A DNA stretch of 64,000 nt from Escherichia coli (GTDB lineage Bacteria > Pseudomonadota > Gammaproteobacteria > Enterobacterales > Enterobacteriaceae), in NCBI RefSeq assembly GCF_003334305.1, contig NZ_QOWS01000021.1; one strand, 5' to 3'. The notes beneath the pieces were generated by a model, which saw nothing but the letters and a program-made list of their open reading frames with translations, made no database searches and was not told where the DNA came from. Shown piece by piece: positions 46,421 to 55,552 of the stretch (positions are counted from its first letter, which is position 1; the number at the start of each line of letters is the position of its first letter). The position numbers and the translations under genes were made by a program.

Positions 46421-47113
46421 ATGAAAAAAGAAACTCTTGCTGATCGCTTAAATCTAGCGATGGAACAATCTGGAATGTCTCAAGGCGCTCTTGCAAAGGC
46501 GTCTGGCGTAGCTCAACCCACAATCTGGAGACTGACAAGCGGCAACGCGCGCGGCTCAACAAAAATTGTTGAAATAGCTAATGCATTGGGTGTTCGAACA
46601 GAATGGCTCTCTTCAGGCATAGGCCCGATGAGAAATGACGGTCAACAATCAGGGAAGCCTGCTGTCAGCCATTCCAAATACTTCAAAATTGACGTTCTTG
46701 ATATAGAAGTCAGTGCCGGGCCGGGTGTAATCAACCGTGAGTTTGTAGAAGTTCTACGCTCGGTTGAATACTCGTTTGACGATGCTCGTCACATGTTCGA
46801 TGGCAGGAAGGCGGAAAATATCCGCATCATTAACGTGCGTGGTGACAGCATGTCAGGAACGATCGAACCAGGTGATCTGCTGTTCGTTGATATCACGGTT
46901 AAATCTTTCGACGGTGATGGTATCTATGCGTTTCTGTATGACGACACCGCCCATGTAAAACGCCTGCAAATGATGAAGGATAAGCTGCTGGTTATCTCTG
47001 ATAACAAGAGCTACTCACCGTGGGACCCGATCGAGAAAGACGAGATGAACCGCGTGTTCATCTTCGGGAAAGTCATCGGGAGCATGCCGCAGACATATAG
47101 AAAGCATGGGTAG
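46421..47113 (+). CDS. cI: CI-type repressor (HTH + S24 LexA-like peptidase domain), 230 aa
   Basis: N-terminal HTH (MSQGALAKASGVAQPTIWRL) and C-terminal S24 region (VRGDSMSGTIEPGDLLFVD…KRL). Confidence 0.85.
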   Translation: MKKETLADRLNLAMEQSGMSQGALAKASGVAQPTIWRLTSGNARGSTKIVEIANALGVRTEWLSSGIGPMRNDGQQSGKPAVSHSKYFKIDVLDIEVSAGPGVINREFVEVLRSVEYSFDDARHMFDGRKAENIRIINVRGDSMSGTIEPGDLLFVDITVKSFDGDGIYAFLYDDTAHVKRLQMMKDKLLVISDNKSYSPWDPIEKDEMNRVFIFGKVIGSMPQTYRKHG

Positions 47114-47175
47114 AAATCAGAACAAAATTATGCACTTCGCTTTTCAGCTTACTGTAGTAAGGCAATAAATTAGGC

Positions 47176-47212
47176 TTGACGTTAGCTATCAGGTGCACAA
47201 CAATAATTGTTG
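47176..47212 (+). promoter_or_regulatory. Candidate promoter with a 15-bp perfect palindrome (caacaataattgttg) upstream of the HTH-peptidase gene
   Basis: TTGACG -35-like hexamer followed by the palindrome, 30-65 nt upstream of the 47243 start; coordinates approximate. Confidence 0.4.
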
Positions 47213-47242
47213 AATAATAGGTTTTTTTAACTAGGTGATAAC

Positions 47243-48382
47243 ATGGCAGCGGTTGAATTTCAATTGTCTAGGAAGATGATTGATTGGATAGCAAATTCTC
47301 AAGGAGTTTCTATCGAAACTCTTGCTGACCAAGTCATGCCCAAAAAGATTAATAAATTTCTTAACGGAGTGGTAAGTAAATCCGCAGCAGAAAAACTGGC
47401 AAAAATTGGAGGAATCCCTTTCGGTTTTTTATTTCTTGAAACGCCACCAACTCCAGCCAAACCCAAGATCCCTGACTTAAGGCAAGCTATAAATAGCCGT
47501 GAGTTAGGAAAAGATTTTTTTGATGTTTACTATGATATAGAATATAAACTTGAGTGGTACAAAGACTATTTAAGAGAAAATGGTAATGATGATCCACTCG
47601 ATTTTATTGGTAAATTTAAATTTAATAGAAAATTAAATTATAAGGTTGTTGCTACAGACATAGCAAACACAATACATTTTGATATACAAAAAGAGATAAA
47701 AAATGTCACTTTTGAGAGCTATTTTTCTAAAGTGGCAAAACTAATAGAAGACACTGGCGTATTAGTTTTCAAGAATGGTGTTGTGGGTAATAATAATAAA
47801 AGAAAACTTGACACGCGAGAGTTTCGTGGTTTCTGTATATCTGATAGCGTTGCTCCGATCATTTTTGTAAATAGCTCGGACGCGTTATCTGCGCAGGTAT
47901 TTACATTATTTCATGAGGTGGCTCATCTTTGGCTTGGAGTCGATGGAGTCTCTGGGTGGGACACAGAAAAAAACATAGAATCTTTTTGTAATAAAGTTGC
48001 TGCTGAAATCTTAATGCCTGATAATCTCTTCAAATCTTTCTGGCTTAATGCATCCAGCGATAATAATTATTATCGAGTAAAAGAGGTTTCTAAGTTATTT
48101 AAGGTTAGTGATTTCGCTTGTGCAATCAAAGCGTTACAATTAGATTTGATAGAAAGAAACACTTTGGAGATAATTAAAGATCAAGCTTACAATAAGCCCA
48201 AAAAAGAATCCAATGGTGGTTCTTTCTTTAACACATTACCTGTTCGTAACAGTCCAAAACTTACGAATATAATAATTTCCAAAGCAATGTCTCAACAATT
48301 ACCATTAAGGGAAGCAGGCGTACTGCTAAATGTAAAAGCAGATACAGTTGTTGAATTTTATAAAAAACGAGAATCTCTATGA
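47243..48382 (+). CDS. HTH-fused ImmA/IrrE-family (M78/DUF955-like) zinc metallopeptidase, 379 aa
   Basis: N-terminal XRE-like HTH; HEXXH motif (FHEVAHLW); AGGTGA SD; AT-rich; directly downstream of cI. Confidence 0.7.
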   Translation: MAAVEFQLSRKMIDWIANSQGVSIETLADQVMPKKINKFLNGVVSKSAAEKLAKIGGIPFGFLFLETPPTPAKPKIPDLRQAINSRELGKDFFDVYYDIEYKLEWYKDYLRENGNDDPLDFIGKFKFNRKLNYKVVATDIANTIHFDIQKEIKNVTFESYFSKVAKLIEDTGVLVFKNGVVGNNNKRKLDTREFRGFCISDSVAPIIFVNSSDALSAQVFTLFHEVAHLWLGVDGVSGWDTEKNIESFCNKVAAEILMPDNLFKSFWLNASSDNNYYRVKEVSKLFKVSDFACAIKALQLDLIERNTLEIIKDQAYNKPKKESNGGSFFNTLPVRNSPKLTNIIISKAMSQQLPLREAGVLLNVKADTVVEFYKKRESL

Positions 48383-48891
48383 TTCATAATGGAAAATTCT
48401 TAATTGATAGTAATGTCTTCATAGAGGCAAAAAACTTTGCATATAACTTCAATTATTGCAAAATATTTTGGGATTTTCTTCTCGCTTTACACATTAATGG
48501 TCTGATTTATAGCATTAATGCTGTAAAAAAAGAACTATGTGCAAAAGATGATCCATTGTGTAAATGGATTAAAGAAGAGTTACCATCATCATTCTTCGAA
48601 GATGAGCATAGTTCAATAGAAAATTATGCAAAGTTAATAAATTGGTCAACTAAATTAGATGTTACCGAAAAGGCAAAGTTTGATTTTGCAAGCCATGAAA
48701 AAGCAGATGCTTTTTTAATAGCCCATGCGATGACACATGGATATACTATTATTACCCATGAGAAACCATCCGGTGGCAAACCTAAAAAAAGAATAATGAT
48801 CCCGGATGCTGCTGCTTCTCACGGCGTTAAGACATTAACACTATATGAATTTCTTCCAAGATACGCTAGTCATAATTTTTCTTTGAAATAA
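48379..48891 (+). CDS. PIN-like (possibly DUF4411-family) putative nuclease/effector, 170 aa
   Basis: ATGA overlap with the upstream gene; N-terminal strand-Asp motif (FLIDSNVFIEA) typical of PIN folds; fold assignment is tentative. Confidence 0.5.
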   Translation: MIHNGKFLIDSNVFIEAKNFAYNFNYCKIFWDFLLALHINGLIYSINAVKKELCAKDDPLCKWIKEELPSSFFEDEHSSIENYAKLINWSTKLDVTEKAKFDFASHEKADAFLIAHAMTHGYTIITHEKPSGGKPKKRIMIPDAAASHGVKTLTLYEFLPRYASHNFSLK

Positions 48892-48896
48892 AACGT

Positions 48897-48923
48897 CCCG
48901 GCCACCGTGCCGGGTTTTCTTTT
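48897..48923 (+). terminator. Rho-independent terminator after the two-gene cassette
   Basis: cccggccaccgtgccggg followed by TTTTCTTTT. Confidence 0.75.
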
Positions 48924-49044
48924 GCCTCCCCTCATCACACACACCGTTCAAAAAACCACCACAACCCCGCTTCAGTTATCGCTATGCGATGCAAGTCACA
49001 AAATTAATTCTTTTTGCTATCAAATATTTAATATCAAAACACAT

Positions 49045-49092
49045 CTAGCAATAGCAATAAGTATTGATATCATCAATAGCAATAGCTATTAT
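49045..49092. promoter_or_regulatory. OL-like operator region (pL)
   Basis: tagcaatagcaataagtattg and atcaatagcaatagctattatc repeat the motif seen in the OR region; coordinates approximate. Confidence 0.45.
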
Positions 49093-49198
49093 CACCATGT
49101 CGCAACAACACAACGATACGGCAATCACCTGATTCACCGTTGCGATGACCGCTTAGATCCGCAGCTTGAATTTCAGCAGGCTCCGGGGAGTGCGAGGG

Positions 49199-49576
49199 GT
49201 GAAGCGGACGCGTGAACGTCGGTGTGACCAGCTGAAATCAACTCAACACTTCATACCTCAGTCGCTTCAACGAGGCGGCTTAGTTATGACAACCGGCGGC
49301 CATCCACCGCCTGAATACGCGCAGAAGTCTTTATATGTTCAGCAGCCCAGCTTACGGGCAGGAGTTTTTATGGTTCATCAACATTACGGAACGCAGACCG
49401 TTAATCGCGGTGCGGTCATGCCAGGAATGCTGGTCAAACACAAAGATGGTACCTGGACTGCATCAGCTAATTTACGCGGACGGCTTTATCTGCATCGCGG
49501 CATCGAGCGCACTTATACCCGTGATTTGCTCGTAGAAGTTTTTCTCGACGGACGCGGTAACGGCCTGAATCACTAA
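49199..49576 (+). CDS. Possible N-like antitermination protein with an arginine-rich motif (GTG start)
   Basis: First gene after the OL region; KRTRERR at the N-terminus resembles N-protein ARMs; no other similarity recognised. Confidence 0.3.
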   Translation: MKRTRERRCDQLKSTQHFIPQSLQRGGLVMTTGGHPPPEYAQKSLYVQQPSLRAGVFMVHQHYGTQTVNRGAVMPGMLVKHKDGTWTASANLRGRLYLHRGIERTYTRDLLVEVFLDGRGNGLNH

Positions 49577-49652
49577 CCCCCCTTTCCTGTTTTCCTAATC
49601 AGCCTGGCATTTCGCAGGCGATATTTTCACAGCCATTTTCAGGAGTTCAGCC

Positions 49653-49949
49653 ATGAACGCTTATTACATTCAGGATCGTCTTGAGGCTCAGAGCTGGGCA
49701 CGTCACTACCAGCAGATCGCCCGTGAAGAGAAAGAGGCAGAACTGGCAGACGACATGGAAAAAGGTCTTCCACAGCACCTGTTTGAATCACTCTGTATCG
49801 ATCATTTGCAACGCTGCGGGGCCAGCAAAAAAGCCATTACCCGTGCGTTTGATGACGATGTTGAGTTTCAGGAGCGCATGGCAGAACACATCCGGTACAT
49901 GGTTGAAACCATTGCTCACCACCAGTTTGATATTGATTCAGAGGTATAA
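49653..49949 (+). CDS. gam: Gam (RecBCD inhibitor, short form), 98 aa
   Basis: Matches lambda GamS as recalled ([21 protein letters not shown]…). Confidence 0.9.
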   Translation: MNAYYIQDRLEAQSWARHYQQIAREEKEAELADDMEKGLPQHLFESLCIDHLQRCGASKKAITRAFDDDVEFQERMAEHIRYMVETIAHHQFDIDSEV

Positions 49950-49954
49950 AACGG

Positions 49955-50740
49955 ATGAGTACAGCACTCGCAACGCTGGCAGGAAAGCTGGCTGAACGTG
50001 TCGGCATGGATTCTGTCGACCCACAGGAACTGATCACCACTCTTCGCCAGACGGCATTTAAAGGTGATGCCAGCGATGCGCAGTTCATCGCATTGTTGAT
50101 CGTCGCCAACCAGTACGGCCTTAATCCGTGGACGAAAGAAATTTACGCCTTCCCTGATAAGCAGAACGGCATCGTTCCGGTGGTGGGCGTTGATGGCTGG
50201 TCCCGCATCATCAATGAAAACCAGCAGTTTGATGGCATGGACTTTGAGCAGGACAATGAATCCTGTACATGCCGGATTTACCGCAAGGACCGTAATCATC
50301 CGATCTGCGTTACCGAATGGATGGATGAATGCCGCCGCGAACCATTCAAAACTCGCGAAGGCAGAGAAATCACGGGGCCGTGGCAGTCGCATCCCAAACG
50401 GATGTTACGGCATAAAGCCATGATTCAGTGTGCCCGTCTGGCCTTCGGATTTGCTGGTATCTATGACAATGATGAAGCCGAGCGCATTGTCGAAAATACT
50501 GCATACACTGCAGAACGTCAGCCAGAACGCGACATCACTCCGGTTAACGATGAAACCATGCAGGAGATTAACACTCTGCTGATCGCCCTGGATAAAACAT
50601 GGGATGACGACTTATTGCCGCTCTGTTCCCAGATATTTCGCCGCGACATTCGCGCATCGTCAGAACTGACACAGGCCGAAGCAGTGAAAGCTCTTGGATT
50701 CCTGAAACAGAAAGCCACTGAGCAGAAGGTGGCAGCATGA
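49955..50740 (+). CDS. bet: Bet single-strand annealing recombinase, 261 aa
   Basis: Matches lambda Beta. Confidence 0.95.
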   Translation: MSTALATLAGKLAERVGMDSVDPQELITTLRQTAFKGDASDAQFIALLIVANQYGLNPWTKEIYAFPDKQNGIVPVVGVDGWSRIINENQQFDGMDFEQDNESCTCRIYRKDRNHPICVTEWMDECRREPFKTREGREITGPWQSHPKRMLRHKAMIQCARLAFGFAGIYDNDEAERIVENTAYTAERQPERDITPVNDETMQEINTLLIALDKTWDDDLLPLCSQIFRRDIRASSELTQAEAVKALGFLKQKATEQKVAA

Positions 50741-51417
50741 TACCGGACATTATCCTGCAGCGTACCGGGATCGACGTGAGAGCTGTCGAACAGGGGGATG
50801 ATGCATGGCACAAATTACGGCTCGGCGTCATCACCGCTTCAGAAGTTCACAACGTGATAGCAAAACCCCGCTCCGGAAAGAAATGGCCTGACATGAAAAT
50901 GTCCTACTTCCACACCCTGCTTGCCGAGGTTTGCACCGGTGTGGCTCCGGAAGTTAACGCTAAAGCACTGGCCTGGGGAAAACAGTACGAGAACGACGCC
51001 AGAGCCCTGTTTGAGTTTACTTCCGGCGTGAATGTTACTGAATCCCCGATCATCTATCGCGACGAAAGTATGCGTACCGCCTGCTCTCCGGATGGTTTAT
51101 GCAGTGACGGCAACGGCCTTGAACTGAAATGCCCGTTTACCTCCCGGGATTTCATGAAATTCCGGCTCGGTGGTTTCGAGGCCATAAAGTCGGCTTACAT
51201 GGCCCAAGTGCAGTACAGCATGTGGGTGACGCGAAAAGATGCCTGGTACTTTGCCAACTATGACCCGCGCATGAAGCGTGAAGGCCTGCATTATGTCGTG
51301 ATTGAGCAGGATGAAAAGTACATGGCGAGTTTTGACGAGATGGTGCCGGAGTTCATCGAAAAAATGGACGAGGCACTGGCTGAAATTGGTTTTGTATTTG
51401 GGGAGCAATGGCGATGA
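50737..51417 (+). CDS. exo: Lambda-type exonuclease Exo, 226 aa
   Basis: Matches lambda Exo. Confidence 0.95.
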   Translation: MIPDIILQRTGIDVRAVEQGDDAWHKLRLGVITASEVHNVIAKPRSGKKWPDMKMSYFHTLLAEVCTGVAPEVNAKALAWGKQYENDARALFEFTSGVNVTESPIIYRDESMRTACSPDGLCSDGNGLELKCPFTSRDFMKFRLGGFEAIKSAYMAQVQYSMWVTRKDAWYFANYDPRMKREGLHYVVIEQDEKYMASFDEMVPEFIEKMDEALAEIGFVFGEQWR

Positions 51418-51596
51418 AGCATCCTCACGATAATATCCGGGTAGGTGCGATCACTTTCGTCTACTCCGTTACAAAGCGAGGCTGGGTATTTCCCGGCCTT
51501 TCTGTTATCCGAAATCCACTGAAAGCCCAGCGGCTGGCTGAGGAGATAAATAATAAACGAGGGGCTGTATGCACAAAGCATCTCCTGTTGAGTTAA
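51408..51596 (+). CDS. Small hypothetical protein (lambda orf60a position)
   Basis: ORF following exo, colinear with lambda. Confidence 0.5.
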   Translation: MAMKHPHDNIRVGAITFVYSVTKRGWVFPGLSVIRNPLKAQRLAEEINNKRGAVCTKHLLLS

Positions 51597-51760
51597 GAAC
51601 GAGCATTGAGATGGCACATAGCCTTGCTCAAATTGGAGTCAGGTTTGTGCCAATACCAGCAGAAACAGACGAAGAATTTCATACGTTAGCCACATCCCTT
51701 TCACAAAAGCTGGAAATGATGGTGGCGAAAGCAGAAGCAGATGAGAGAGACCCGGTATGA
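51569..51760 (+). CDS. Small hypothetical protein (lambda orf63 position)
   Basis: ORF; colinear with lambda. Confidence 0.5.
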   Translation: MHKASPVELRTSIEMAHSLAQIGVRFVPIPAETDEEFHTLATSLSQKLEMMVAKAEADERDPV

Positions 51761-52058
51761 CAGCCACGGAATGCATTTTTCTGGCAGCGGGCTTCATATT
51801 CTGTGTGCTTATGCTTGCCGACATGGGACTTGTTCAATGACACCTCAGCAGGAAAACGCCCTTCGCAGCATTGCCCGTCAGGCTAATTCTGAAATCAAAA
51901 AAGCCAGACAGCAGTTTCCGGATAAAAACGTCGATGACATTTGCCGTAGCGTACTGAAGAAGCACCGTGAAACGGTAACGCTGATGGGATTCACACCGAC
52001 TCATTTAAGCCTGGCGATCGGCATGTTAAACGGCGTCTTTAAGGAACGGTTAACATGA
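51741..52058 (+). CDS. Small hypothetical protein (lambda orf61 position); the true start may be the internal MTPQQ about 51837
   Basis: ORF; colinear with lambda. Confidence 0.45.
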   Translation: MRETRYDSHGMHFSGSGLHILCAYACRHGTCSMTPQQENALRSIARQANSEIKKARQQFPDKNVDDICRSVLKKHRETVTLMGFTPTHLSLAIGMLNGVFKERLT

Positions 52059-52074
52059 AAAGCAAAATCATCAG

Positions 52075-52098
52075 GGAGCTACAGGCTCCTTTTTTATT
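52075..52098 (+). terminator. Rho-independent terminator
   Basis: ggagctacaggctcc followed by TTTTTTATT; coordinates approximate. Confidence 0.6.
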
Positions 52099-52150
52099 GT
52101 TCGCATTCATCCTCAAGCGTATTAACCAACAATTCAGGGATTAATGGAAG

Positions 52151-52369
52151 ATGGCAGACATCATTGATTCAGCATCAGAAATCGAAGAATTACAGCGCAA
52201 TACAGCAATAAAAATGCGTCGTCTGAACTACCAGACTGTATCCGCAACTCATTGTTGTGAGTGTGGCGATCCGATAGATGAGCGAAGACGCCTGGCTGTT
52301 CAGGGTTGTCGGACTTGTGCAAGTTGCCAGGAGGAGATCGAACTTAAGAACAAACAATGGGGACTGTGA
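52151..52369 (+). CDS. TraR/DksA-family C4 zinc-finger protein, 72 aa
   Basis: CxxC…CxxC motif (CCECGDPIDERRRLAVQGCRTCASC). Confidence 0.7.
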   Translation: MADIIDSASEIEELQRNTAIKMRRLNYQTVSATHCCECGDPIDERRRLAVQGCRTCASCQEEIELKNKQWGL

Positions 52370-52416
52370 TGGCCTCAAAGCAGCAAATTTCAACATCGTC
52401 CAACTGAGGTGTAAAA

Positions 52417-52695
52417 ATGTTCAGAATCATTTTTCCTAACACCTGGTACGTCGACCACCACGGCACTCCCTGCAAAATCCTGCGTTCTACCCACAACAAA
52501 GTTCACTACATCCGAAAAGGCAGAACATGTATCGCCAGCATGTTCCGCTTTAATCATGACTTTGAACCTGTGAATAAAGCTGATGCAGATCAGATAGCAG
52601 AAGAGATCGAAACGGCAGAACACATTAAGAAGTTACGTGACATGCGTTCAAAAAGCAGAGGTAACCATGGAATCATACAGCCTCACACTCGATGA
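52417..52695 (+). CDS. Hypothetical protein, 92 aa
   Basis: ORF only. Confidence 0.35.
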   Translation: MFRIIFPNTWYVDHHGTPCKILRSTHNKVHYIRKGRTCIASMFRFNHDFEPVNKADADQIAEEIETAEHIKKLRDMRSKSRGNHGIIQPHTR

Positions 52696-53038
52696 GGCCT
52701 GTCAGTTTCTTAAGATATCCAGACCAACCGCCACCAACTGGATACGAACAGGCCGCCTACAGGCAACACGTAAAGATCCAACCAAGCCAAAATCTCCTTA
52801 CCTCACAACACGGCAAGCCTGCATTGCGGCGCTTCAGTCTCCGCTGCATACTGTCCAGGTGAGCGCGGGTGATGGCATAACAGAGGAAAGAAAATGTCAC
52901 TCTTCCGCAGAAATGAAATATGGTATGCCTCGTATTCGCTCCCGGGCGGGAAACGAATTAAGGAATCTCTTGGCACAAAGGACAAGCGGCAAGCTCAGGA
53001 GTTGCACGACAAGCGAAAAGCAGAACTCTGGCGAGTAG
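52667..53038 (+). CDS. xis: Putative excisionase (Xis-like HTH protein); overlaps the int start
   Basis: ORF 52637-53038; internal Met [31 protein letters not shown] has an HTH; lies immediately upstream of int. Confidence 0.45.
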   Translation: MESYSLTLDEACQFLKISRPTATNWIRTGRLQATRKDPTKPKSPYLTTRQACIAALQSPLHTVQVSAGDGITEERKCHSSAEMKYGMPRIRSRAGNELRNLLAQRTSGKLRSCTTSEKQNSGE

Positions 53039-54057
53039 AAAAGCTAGGGGATTTACCTGATGTCACTTTTGAAGAGGCCTGCCTAAGATGGCTTGAGGAA
53101 AAAGCTGATAAAAAATCTCTCGATTCAGATAAAAGCCGGATTGAGTTCTGGCTTGAACATTTTGAGGGTATAAGGCTTAAAGATATCTCGGAGGCAAAGA
53201 TTTACTCTGCTGTAAGCAGAATGCATAACAGAAAGACGAAAGAAATATGGAAACAGAAAGTTCAGGCCGCCATCAGGAAAGGTAAAGAACTGCCTGTTTA
53301 TGAACCAAAGCCAGTATCAACTCAGACAAAGGCAAAGCATCTTGCCATGATAAAGGCCATTCTCCGTGCTGCAGAACGCGACTGGAAGTGGCTGGAAAAA
53401 GCGCCTGTCATCAAGATACCAGCGGTCAGAAACAAGCGAGTCAGATGGCTGGAAAAGGAGGAAGCAAAACGCCTTATTGATGAGTGCCCCGAACCACTGA
53501 AATCTGTCGTCAAGTTTGCGCTGGCAACTGGTCTGAGAAAGTCGAACATCATAAATCTGGAATGGCAACAAATCGACATGCAGCGACGAGTTGCCTGGGT
53601 GAATCCAGAAGAGAGCAAATCAAACCGCGCCATTGGTGTGGCGCTGAACGATACCGCCTGTAAAGTGTTGCGTGATCAAATAGGCAAGCATCACAAATGG
53701 GTGTTTGTACATACCAAGGCGGCTAAGCGAGCAGATGGAACATCAACGCCTGCGGTCAGGAAGATGCGCATCGACAGCAAGACATCATGGCTATCAGCTT
53801 GTCGTCGTGCAGGAATTGAAGATTTCCGTTTCCATGACCTCAGACACACCTGGGCAAGCTGGCTGATTCAGTCAGGCGTCCCATTATCAGTGCTTCAGGA
53901 AATGGGCGGATGGGAGTCCATAGAAATGGTTCGTAGGTATGCTCACCTTGCGCCTAATCATTTGACAGAGCATGCGAGGAAAATAGACGACATTTTTGGT
54001 GATAATGTCCCAAATATGTCCCACTCTGGAATTATGGAGGATATAAAGAAGGCGTAA
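52894..54057 (+). CDS. intD: Tyrosine integrase (IntD-like), 387 aa
   Basis: Matches DLP12 integrase as recalled; C-terminal catalytic region (…[15 protein letters not shown]…RYAHL); adjacent to tRNA-Arg. Confidence 0.9.
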   Translation: MSLFRRNEIWYASYSLPGGKRIKESLGTKDKRQAQELHDKRKAELWRVEKLGDLPDVTFEEACLRWLEEKADKKSLDSDKSRIEFWLEHFEGIRLKDISEAKIYSAVSRMHNRKTKEIWKQKVQAAIRKGKELPVYEPKPVSTQTKAKHLAMIKAILRAAERDWKWLEKAPVIKIPAVRNKRVRWLEKEEAKRLIDECPEPLKSVVKFALATGLRKSNIINLEWQQIDMQRRVAWVNPEESKSNRAIGVALNDTACKVLRDQIGKHHKWVFVHTKAAKRADGTSTPAVRKMRIDSKTSWLSACRRAGIEDFRFHDLRHTWASWLIQSGVPLSVLQEMGGWESIEMVRRYAHLAPNHLTEHARKIDDIFGDNVPNMSHSGIMEDIKKA

Positions 54058-54072
54058 CTGATTGAATTGTAA

Positions 54073-54117
54073 TGGCGCGCCCTGCAGGATTCGAACCTGC
54101 GGCCCACGACTTAGAAG
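54073..54117. repeat. attR core (3' 45 nt of argU), identical to 7529-7573
   Basis: Direct repeat seen in sequence. Confidence 0.85.
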
Positions 54118-54149
54118 GTCGTTGCTCTATCCAACTGAGCTAAGGGCGC
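54073..54149 (-). tRNA. argU: tRNA-Arg (anticodon UCU), argU; prophage attachment site
   Basis: Reverse complement reads GCGCCCTTAGCTCAGTTGGATAGAGCAACGACCTTCTAAGTCGTGGGCCGCAGGTTCGAATCCTGCAGGGCGCGCCA (77 nt, cloverleaf-compatible, CCA end); coordinates approximate. Confidence 0.9.
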
Positions 54150-54391
54150 GTTGATACCGCAATGCGGTGTAATCGCGTGAATTATACGGTCAACCCTTGC
54201 TGAGTCAATGGCTTTTGATCTGGTTGCTGAACAAGTGAACGACCGCGTCTGATTTTCTGATTTATTTCGCTATAGCGGCAAACAAACACACACCGCTGCG
54301 CGTCTGAATCAAGAAAACCCGTATTTTCATGTATCAAAGTACAATTTACCGCCCTAACGGAAAATTGTCCGCTCCTATGAGACTGGTAACT

Positions 54392-55024
54392 ATGAAACCA
54401 ACGTCGGTGATCATTATGGATACTCATCCTATCATCAGAATGTCTATTGAAGTTCTGTTGCAAAAAAACAGTGAATTGCAGATTGTCCTGAAAACGGATG
54501 ATTACCGCATAACCATCGATTATCTCCGAACCCGTCCTGTTGATTTAATCATTATGGATATAGACTTGCCCGGAACAGACGGTTTTACCTTCCTGAAAAG
54601 GATCAAACAAATCCAGAGCACAGTGAAAGTGTTATTTTTATCATCGAAATCAGAATGCTTTTATGCTGGCAGAGCGATACAAGCTGGTGCTAACGGTTTT
54701 GTCAGTAAATGCAATGATCAGAATGATATTTTTCATGCCGTTCAGATGATCCTCTCCGGATACACGTTTTTTCCCAGCGAAACGCTTAACTATATAAAAA
54801 GCAATAAATGTAGTACGAATAGTTCAACGGTCACTGTACTATCTAATCGTGAAGTGACCATATTACGTTATCTGGTTAGCGGATTATCTAATAAAGAAAT
54901 TGCCGATAAGTTATTACTTAGCAATAAAACAGTTAGTGCGCATAAATCTAATATTTATGGCAAGCTAGGTTTGCATTCAATTGTAGAACTTATCGACTAC
55001 GCCAAATTATACGAATTAATATAA
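54392..55024 (+). CDS. fimZ: LuxR-family response regulator FimZ, 210 aa
   Basis: ORF 54329-55024; internal Met gives MKPTSVIIMDTHPI…; REC domain plus LuxR HTH. Confidence 0.85.
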   Translation: MKPTSVIIMDTHPIIRMSIEVLLQKNSELQIVLKTDDYRITIDYLRTRPVDLIIMDIDLPGTDGFTFLKRIKQIQSTVKVLFLSSKSECFYAGRAIQAGANGFVSKCNDQNDIFHAVQMILSGYTFFPSETLNYIKSNKCSTNSSTVTVLSNREVTILRYLVSGLSNKEIADKLLLSNKTVSAHKSNIYGKLGLHSIVELIDYAKLYELI

Positions 55025-55026
55025 TA

Positions 55027-55542
55027 TTAATTATAATTGATCATAAATATCGCATCCGCTTTCGCCACACCTGGCCGAACACCGCTGGCTAACGCTCGAT
55101 AATTGGCAAAAAAGTTTAGTGTGACATTGCCATTTGCATCTACTTCCTCAGTCGGGCTCGCCGCTCCCAGTGCGAGCCGGGAGCGATCGCTATTACGTAA
55201 TTCGATGGCGATGGTTTGCGCCATTGCGGGATCATCCAGAGCCAGCAGGTTGGTATCGGATGCCGGCGTTCCCGTAAATAAAATCGCAACTGAACCCGGA
55301 GGACATCCCTCCAGCCGCAGGCTAAAAGGGACGAGTGCCGTGGTATCGCCAGCGTTCAGTAATTGTGTCGTAGGCCATCTGCCTAAATCTACCGTCTTAT
55401 CAATATCCGCAGTGTTTACGGTACAGGAGAAATCAACAACGTTACCGTGCAAATTGATATTAATCGTTCCCAAAGGGTCAGCTACCCATCCACTGGAAAT
55501 CCACAGTAACCCGCAGAAACAGCTAAAGAGTGCTCTTCTCAT
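55027..55542 (-). CDS. sfmF: Fimbrial-like protein SfmF, 171 aa
   Basis: Internal Met with a signal peptide; fimbrial subunit-like; sfm operon synteny. Confidence 0.75.
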   Translation of the reverse strand: MRRALFSCFCGLLWISSGWVADPLGTININLHGNVVDFSCTVNTADIDKTVDLGRWPTTQLLNAGDTTALVPFSLRLEGCPPGSVAILFTGTPASDTNLLALDDPAMAQTIAIELRNSDRSRLALGAASPTEEVDANGNVTLNFFANYRALASGVRPGVAKADAIFMINYN

Positions 55543-55552
55543 TCTCCGTACC

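Noticed and set aside
49095-49198. Searched for nutL boxA/boxB upstream of the N-like gene
   Set aside because: Only a weak boxA-like cgcttaga and no convincing boxB hairpin, so no nut site is called.
48907-49215. 102-aa plus-strand ORF
   Set aside because: Spans the terminator and the OL operator/promoter region; more likely non-coding regulatory DNA.
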